Part shown: piece after piece, positions 56,254 through 64,000 of the stretch
Numbering within the stretch: the stretch's first letter is position 1
Layout: each line of letters begins with the position of its first letter
Notes under the pieces: model-generated
What the model was told of the DNA's origin: nothing
The model's input: the letters and a program-made list of their open reading frames with translations, nothing else
The model's database searches: none
Assembly (NCBI RefSeq): GCF_009914755.1
Contig: NC_060938.1
Source of the DNA: the human T2T-CHM13v2.0 reference genome, Homo sapiens
Length of the DNA: 64,000 nt
Reading direction: 5' to 3' (one strand)
Translations under genes and position numbers: made by a program

Positions 56254-56914
56254 GTAAGGGGAAGAAGTATTCATGTAAACTTTGTATATAATTTTGGGTA
56301 AAATTTCCTCTCTCTTCCATCTGTGAAGAAAGTATAATTTGGCATTTTGGTTATAGCTCAATAAAAATAGCTTTTATACTTTCAGAATATCTTTCTTTCT
56401 TTGACATTTGTTAGGGTTTTAAAATAAGTTACCTACTAGCTTTGCCTGAAGCATTAAAGTTGCAGGCAAAATTATAGTACATGATAGGTTAATGGGATCC
56501 TGGCTGTGTGTGTTTCTTTTCTGTAGTTATTCTCTTTGGTTCTTTGGTTAATTCTTTTTTTTTTTTCCCAAGAAAATACTCACTTCTTATTTTGAAGAGA
56601 AAAACAGAGCATTACCATCCCAGGTAGTTTACTTAAAACTGCCCATTTAATACATGCTAACGTTTACTCATTTACTCTTAATTTGATGGATCCATCTGGG
56701 AGATAATGGAGTACGTGTTATGTGTATTGTTTATTTCTCTACTACTCCCTTTCTCCCATGAAACGCAAGTATAGCCTGCTACAGGAGCATGCAAGAATGG
56801 AAGCAGGAGAGATTCAAAGAAGGTTTTCTAGAGGAGAGAATGCCTACACGAAAGATGAGTATGAGTAACTAGGCAAAGAAAGAGACCTCTGTAAAATGTA
56901 ATGTTTTATTACAG

Positions 56915-57081
56915 ATTTACAGAGTAAATTTGTGGCCAAAGAAAATGAAGTACAGAGTCTGCATAGTAAGCTTACAGATACCTTGGTATCAAAACAACAG
57001 TTGGAGCAAAGACTAATGCAGTTAATGGAATCAGAGCAGAAAAGGGTGAACAAAGAAGAGTCTCTACAAATGCAGGTTCAG
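56915..57081 (+). CDS. KTN1: KTN1 exon 11 (DLQSKFV...QMQVQ)
   Basis: CAG| ... CAG|GTATTT; 167 nt, phase 1-0. Confidence 0.95.
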
Positions 57082-57495
57082 GTATTTTTTCTTCTTTTTT
57101 TTTTTTAAAAAAAATACAGGTGGTCACTTATTAGATCTGTGTGTCTAGAAGAGAGACTAAAGTCTACCTTATCCTAATTCTGAAATGATGATGAATAATT
57201 ATAACTTTGTCTTTTGAGCACTTGTCACAATATGGTGTGTTTGAAGGTGTGCTCACCCACAGTCTTAGGCTCTTTGTGTTAGATTAGGAATAGCACAAAC
57301 ATATCTTTAACTTCTGTCTTATAAGCTAACTCAGATTGTCTAATCATTGTTTAAAATAATGCCTTTTGGAATCTAAGAATGCCTTAAAAAAAAAAAAGAA
57401 AAAGATAAACAAATGTACCTATAATACATTGTGTTCATATACATGGGGTTATTTATTAGCATGCTTTTTCTCTTTTTGGTTGCTATTTATGAAAG

Positions 57496-57564
57496 GATAT
57501 TTTGGAGCAGAATGAGGCTTTGAAAGCTCAAATTCAGCAGTTCCATTCCCAGATAGCAGCCCAG
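57496..57564 (+). CDS. KTN1: KTN1 exon 12 (DILEQNEALK...IAAQ)
   Basis: AAG| ... CAG|GTAATG; 69 nt, phase 0-0. Confidence 0.95.
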
Positions 57565-58901
57565 GTAATGATGCTTTCTTATTGCTTATGATTAATAACT
57601 TGCAGCCATTTAAACACTCACCTGAATGTCTGTTGAGTGCCAATTACTGGATTAATAGCTGGGAGACTAGTCAATGAATCAACAAATGATGATCCTGAGT
57701 GCTAAACACTTGCTAATTATGTACGGTGCTGAGGGAAAACACTAAGAAAGAAATCCATACCAACTAATTGGATGAGGGGAAGGTTAGAGAGCTTTTATTA
57801 TACAAAAATGTCCCCAATCCTGTCACAAAACAAGGAGAGAGAATTGGCCAAATCCTATCTAGAATAGTGGCTTATGTATTACAGATGTTCATTAAATATC
57901 AGCTAGCTCTGGAAAATCCTAATATATCAGCAGGGGGAACAGTATGGTAACCATAGATCACAGATTATATTTGCAAAATGATCAATTGAAAATTTGTACC
58001 TCAGTTTAGTGACTCAGCCTTCCAAAGTTTTCAAGTGATAGTGTAAGACCTGTTATTCTTTGATGTGACATACATGTCTTTATAAATAATATAAAGAAAA
58101 TCAAATAAAAACAAGTATTGTGAATTTTGAGCTTCAGTTTTTCAACTTGAAAATTCTGAGAGTTATTTGTAGCAAAAAGTATTGGCTTAGAAGTCTGACA
58201 TTTCTGTATAAAAAGTGGTTTTTAACATTAAAATTTTGTTTTTAAGGTTCGGAGAAGTTCAGACTCCCAAAGCTTTGACCATATAAATATATTTTTCCCA
58301 GTTGCTTTATCTGTAGAAATTATAGTCTAAAGTAATTGAGGAAGAATTAATGCAGGAAAGGGTGCTGGTGTGGATGTGTATGTATATGTGAATTACCAAC
58401 TCAGATTGAATTGTGATCTTTAGTTATCAGCTGAGAAGTAGCTCTAAAAAATTTATCAGGAGTTAAATACATAGAGAATGCTGTAAGAATCTTTTAAATA
58501 GTAAACATGAACATGGGTATTACTAAACTATATTAGTCATGGAATGGATAATTTTATTATTAAAAGTTGTTACTAAGGAGAAGAAACACAGGATGACAAA
58601 TGGCCTTTCTGGCTGTTTTTCCTACTCATTTGTTGCTTGTCAATTATTTAGTTTCCAGGCCTGTCAACTTGTTTTATTCTAAATGTCTTGTGATATGTAA
58701 TTCGTGACTACTGGCTGTTGGTGATCAAACTTGCTTTCAGAATGATAGTTACTCTTTATTGAACACTTACCATGGGCCAGATACTTTCATAACAATTTAT
58801 ATACATTAACTTCTCTTAAAATTTAAAGCTGTTATGATTATTGTATAGCTATAAAGCTTTCTCTTAAATACTTTTATGTTGACACTATTTTTCTTTCTTA
58901 G

Positions 58902-58939
58902 ACCTCCGCTTCAGTTCTAGCAGAAGAATTACATAAAGT
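58902..58939 (+). CDS. KTN1: KTN1 exon 13 (TSASVLAEELHK)
   Basis: TAG| ... GT|GTAAGC; 38 nt, phase 0-2. Confidence 0.93.
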
Positions 58940-59629
58940 GTAAGCCTACCTTTTCACACTCTTATAATTGTGTAGTCACCACTAACTGATACTTGTTAGA
59001 TGCGACACTTATGATTAACTTTATACCTCTGACGACCTGTTCAGAAAATACTCTGAACTAGATTTGGAGCAACTTTTGCTTTTTTTTTTTTTTTTTCCTT
59101 TTTCCCATTAGTGAGTTGGGTCCCTAAACATTATATATTCTGCTTTTATTTATGTTTTTATTATAACAAGAGTTGGGGAGACTTTCATTTGAGTGTTAGC
59201 AATTATGTGGAAGAGGTAATTGTTTAGAAAGTAGTGGAAGTAAATTAGTTTTTGTGTCTTATAAGTAGTTGTAGTTCTTCTGTGTCCAGCTCTGTGGTAG
59301 TATACCCAAAACAAAGTTATATGCTTTTTTTGTGCCGTATAATTTTGCATGGACACTGATCACTTGAGTTCGGAAGATCTGAAATCTGGTTTTGACATAG
59401 CTAGCTTTAACAAATTAACCTCTTTTATCTCGAGTTTTAAAACAGGGTTATGTATTTTAAGGAGTTATAGTAATGTGTGTGACAGTTGTTAGTAAACTGA
59501 AAGGGGCTATAGAAATGGAAGGTATATGAGAACTACTGAAGTAAGGATGATGCTTTTTAAGGCTTTAAATCCTTTTGATTTGTGACTTCTGAATGTTTAT
59601 TGAATGTACAAATGTCTTTCCTTCTAAAG

Positions 59630-59720
59630 GATTGCAGAAAAGGATAAGCAGATAAAACAGACTGAAGATTCTTTAGCAAGTGAACGTGATCGTTTAACAA
59701 GTAAAGAAGAGGAACTTAAG
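59630..59720 (+). CDS. KTN1: KTN1 exon 14 (IAEKDKQIK...EEELK)
   Basis: AAG| ... AAG|GTATAG; 91 nt, phase 2-0. Confidence 0.95.
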
Positions 59721-60090
59721 GTATAGTAATTTGTATAAATGGCTGCAATATTTTACAGAACTGAAATTTAAATTACTTTGATGCACATAATCAGTAAGTG
59801 TATATGAAAAATGGAAAATAGTCTAGAATTCATTTGAAATAACTGTTTTTCTAAACTACAAAATTCTCTAGCTCTCTACGAGGAAAAATTCAAAGGGCTT
59901 CTCTCATGTGATATAATTTACAATAATTTGATAGGAATATGCTAAATAACAGGAATTGGTGGTTTCTCTTGATTATTTGGGAAATTTTGTAAGTTGAGAC
60001 ATTTGCTTAACTCTTTTGTAGAAAAGATGCTTTACAAACTTTAAAATCAGTTGTATTAAGTATTTTAAATGCTATTTTTCCTTGTTCTAG

Positions 60091-60159
60091 GATATACAGA
60101 ATATGAATTTCTTATTAAAAGCTGAAGTGCAGAAATTACAGGCCCTGGCAAATGAGCAG
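60091..60159 (+). CDS. KTN1: KTN1 exon 15 (DIQNMNFLLK...ANEQ)
   Basis: TAG| ... CAG|GTAGAT; 69 nt, phase 0-0. Confidence 0.95.
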
Positions 60160-60649
60160 GTAGATCTTTATTGCTTTTGAGCATTGATCTCAGAATTTCA
60201 ATTTGCGTATTCTTATTTTCATTGATATTGTGAGCCCCAATTTGATTGTGTAAGTAAAAAATATAATGGTTTATCATCTTTGGCTGCATGATTTGATGTT
60301 ACTGTTTTTATGTTGAAATAAATGTTTGATCCAGTGAATTAATCACTTCAAGATATCACAGGAGGCAGTTAAAATTATCTTACTATGCTGGTTTGTTTGA
60401 GTCTTTTATTTGAGCCATTTAATTCAAAAAGGATATACCTTTTTGTTAGTGTATATGAAGAATGGAAAATAGTCTAGAATAAAAGAAGTAAAAAATATCG
60501 AACAGCAAAACATGTTACAGAAATATACAGTATTGCTGTAACTTCAAATATATGGAAATACAGCTTTTTAATATGTAAAAATTAGTGAAAAAAATAGTTT
60601 TGAGCACTTCCTGTGAAGTGATATCATTTTCTTCTCATTCCACACACAG

Positions 60650-60687
60650 GCTGCTGCTGCACATGAATTGGAGAAGATGCAACAAAG
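60650..60687 (+). CDS. KTN1: KTN1 exon 16 (AAAAHELEKMQQ)
   Basis: CAG| ... AG|GTGACT; 38 nt, phase 0-2. Confidence 0.93.
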
Positions 60688-60843
60688 GTGACTAAAGTAT
60701 TGTACATCTAGTCGTTCATACATTTATGTTTAATTATAATTGTTGCAGAAAATATTGCTGCTTATAACTGATAGTTGTGCCCATAATTCTTGTAGATTTT
60801 CTGAATGTATGAAGTATTTTAATTTTTTTTTTCACCCTCATAG

Positions 60844-60925
60844 TGTTTATGTTAAAGATGATAAAATAAGATTGCTGGAAGAGCAACTACAACATGAAAT
60901 TTCAAACAAAATGGAAGAATTTAAG
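60844..60925 (+). CDS. KTN1: KTN1 exon 17 (VYVKDDKIR...MEEFK)
   Basis: TAG| ... AAG|GTGTGT; 82 nt, phase 2-0. Confidence 0.94.
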
Positions 60926-61408
60926 GTGTGTGATTAAGCTTGTACACTCAGGTTTCTTAGAACAACCTTGTATACTTTTCAGTTGAGTGATTCCAGAAAT
61001 ACTACGTTTTGTATGAAGTCACTCTGAAACAATGTTTCTGTAGTTTATTAGGGGACTTATGCAAACCATGAATTTTATCATAGACTTTCCCCCTAGATTA
61101 TCTGTTCTTTTAGTGGAGCTTGGAGATTTATTTTTGGCCCCCAATCTTTTCTCAGCTGATAGTTTCTATTTGGGACTGTCTTATTTGTCTCCACTGTTGC
61201 TGTAGTTCTAGTTTCTGGTCATGGCCAACCAAGTGCTAGGGTGCATCTCTGTGTCCAGTGAAATTTGAATTATGTCAGTGTATAATTCACCTGTCACTTT
61301 GAGGACTGAAAGCTGAGATAAAGGTTTGATTGTTCAAAAACCCATTCAAATGATTGCTTTATTACCTTTTTTCTTAATAAAACAGTAAATTGAGACTCTT
61401 TCTTCCAG

Positions 61409-61477
61409 ATTCTAAATGACCAAAACAAAGCATTAAAATCAGAAGTTCAGAAGCTACAGACTCTTGTTTCTGAACAG
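61409..61477 (+). CDS. KTN1: KTN1 exon 18 (ILNDQNKALK...VSEQ)
   Basis: CAG| ... CAG|GTAAGG; 69 nt, phase 0-0. Confidence 0.95.
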
Positions 61478-62623
61478 GTAAGGCTTTTCCTAAATTACAA
61501 AGTAGAAATACTTGTTATATAACAAGATCTGGTTCTTCTTATTTAGGTACCAAATTACTAATTGAGAAATTTTGCTTAAGCTTAGATATGGCTGTTATTG
61601 CCTTTCTATTCATCCTGTATCTAAATTCAGGAAATTTTTTCTCCCTGAGGTGAAGCTAATGCCAATCTGCTCAAAAGCACATTCCAGAAAAATAAAAATG
61701 TGTAATAGGATGCATAAAAATAATTTAAGCCATTTTGATACATTTGACTTTCAGAATAAATGTCCTGCCTTAGACTTGGAGCCTCAGCTTTTTCTTTTAG
61801 GGAGCATGGTGTCTTTAAAGGTTGAAACTTATTACTAGCACTTAAAAGCAGTGTGATGTTGATCAAATAGCTTAACCTTTGTGACACCTCTCATTCCAAG
61901 CCTTTCACATGGAGATTATATTATATTTACACCATAAAGTTGTTAGATTTGAAAGGAGAAGCTTATGTATGGTGCCTAGTCTAGTGCTTTGTTTATGACA
62001 GGTATCTAAACCTTAATTCTTTTCCCTTAGAGTATTTATTTTATCCATCTCATCTCCATCCCCTGCCACCATCACTATTCATTTTATATTTATAGCAAGA
62101 CATCAAAACTATATCAGCTTTGAATAAGCATGGTTCCATAAATTAGAGCCCAGTGGTATCTGTTCTCTGCCTATTCCTCAGTGCTGCCTTCGTACTCTTC
62201 TTCTACGCAGCTCTTACAATTACAATTTATTAATAAAACACAAACTCTTGATGACACATTAGAATAGGAAGTTTGCGTTTGTTCCTAATATTAAGTTTTT
62301 GAATTGTACTTTTATTGGAAGCCGAAATGTAAAGCCATTGCAAATGATAGCACTTCTTTAGCAAATGCATGCGTTCTTTCATTTATTTTAAAATTCACAT
62401 TTATGCAGATATTGAGCTGGTGTAAGTAGCTGTGCCTCTGGAAGTATTTTGTTAACTTGTCAAGAAATAATCCATTTATTCTACCTCCCCGTATGATATT
62501 AAGTGCATTATTACATAGTCTTACTACTTACTTTGTATTTGCTTTACCCTTGTAAACTAAAGGTAATAGAGGAGACAGTGCTGAAGGGATGATATTTAGT
62601 TTAAATGGCATTTAAGGCTTATT

Positions 62624-62926
62624 CTTTTTTTTTTTTTTCTTCTTGAGACAGAGTCTTCCTCTGTTGCCCAGGCTGGAGTTCAGTAGCACTATCTTGGCTC
62701 ACTGTATCCTCCACCTCCCAGGTTAAAGCCATTCTCGTGCCTCAGTCTCCTGAGTAGCTGGGACTACAGGCATATGCCACCATGCTCCGCTGATTTTTGT
62801 ATTTTTAGCAGAGACGGGGTTTTGCAATATTAGCCAGGCTGGTCTTGAACTCCTGGCCTTAAGTGATCTGCCTGCCTCGGCCTCCCAAAGTGCTGGGATT
62901 ACAGATGTGAGCCACTGTGCCCAGCT
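62624..62926 (-). mobile_element. Alu (antisense)
   Basis: TSD TAAGGCTTATT. Confidence 0.94.
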
Positions 62927-64000
62927 AAGGCTTATTTTTGTCTTATTTCCTTTTCTGGTATAGCTTACAAAAAAGATATGATACCAATTATAAGATTTCT
63001 CTCCCCCCACCCTCCCTTACCATCTCTGAAATAAGAATGTATCTTGTAGTCTCTGGTTACAGTTTAGTTGTTTAGTTGGCAACATTTTTAATTTTTACTG
63101 TTAAATAGCAGTGGTGAGATATAACATTGGTGACTTGGATTAGATAAAATGTAATAGATTTTTGTGTGTGTGTTCTTACTTGGAAAAGCAGAGTATAGTT
63201 TCTGTGTGTTAGTTACCAGAGATTTTTGAAATGCTGATAACCAGTGTATGAAGTTTTAAACTTTAAAATTAACTTCATGGAGGTAAAACAAATGCTTAGA
63301 AACTTCTGAAACTGTCCTAGAATTCTTATATTCTAGTAGTATCCAGGTGCTGGCGACTCTTATTTAAACAGAAAACTTCTGTTCTTTGCTAAAAATGGTA
63401 TTTTCCATCATTAGATAAAAGTAAAACCACCAGCCTTAAATTTTTCTTTTCCTTTAAAATCATGTAATACCTTGAGAAATGCCATTGTAATACCTTATGT
63501 AAAATTCCCAATCATATTTATGAAAGTTAATATTATTACTATCTTATTAAGTCAGCCTTTTATTATAATGTTTCTACGTACTTTTAGATGTTTTGTTAAA
63601 GTGACAACTTTTAGTATGAGATGTGCTTTTGTTATGAAGAATAATTCACAGGATAAAATTTTATAGCCACATTTTTTGATTTATTTAAAAGAATTATTTG
63701 ATAAGGGGGAAACTCATTTTGTGATACTAATTTAAGATCTGTTGGGTAATTCTTAGAATTGTTCTTCTGACTCTGAAAGCTTTTTATTAATAGTCTAGAA
63801 AGCATATGACTGAGGTTTTGGTTATAGTTGAGACTTCTTTCATCTTGGCAGACAAAGAATCATTTCTGTGGCTTTTCCTCTAGTCGTTTTTATTGTTGCT
63901 GCTAGTGAAAGAAGAGAAAAGATTGGTATAATCTTAATTTCTGTCATTTCCACTTTTCTTTAACCCCTTTCTATCCCACAGTCAGAATTCCAAGTGACAG

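Noticed and set aside
61478-64000. Next KTN1 coding exon
   Set aside because: No splice-bounded segment continuing the kinectin frame was found; exon 19 appears to lie beyond the window.

Overview
This is primate (human-like) genomic DNA holding the 5' part of KTN1 (kinectin 1, an ER-anchored coiled-coil protein) on the + strand. A GC-rich non-coding exon 1 (window start to 73) lies in a CpG island. It is followed by a ~31.7 kb intron 1 and coding exons 2-18 (31738-61477). These exons splice through GT-AG introns into one open frame of 2172 nt (724 codons); the gene continues past the window. Introns are full of Alu, L1, L2, MIR, Tigger/MER8, MER5/MER58 and THE1 (MaLR) elements; repeat families were called by eye and many boundaries are approximate. 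There is no prokaryote-type system (CRISPR, operon, defence island), and most ORF-track entries are repeat or chance ORFs. The most notable observations are: (1) a tandem 3' splice site at exon 2 whose second AG is also the in-frame TAG stop upstream of the ATG; (2) a perfect 34-bp-arm hairpin in intron 1; (3) an Alu-derived candidate 5'UTR exon that starts with GT; (4) a 69/38/~90-nt exon-triplet periodicity mirrored by protein repeats; (5) a 33-bp direct repeat bracketing exon 15. All functional interpretations are untested inference.
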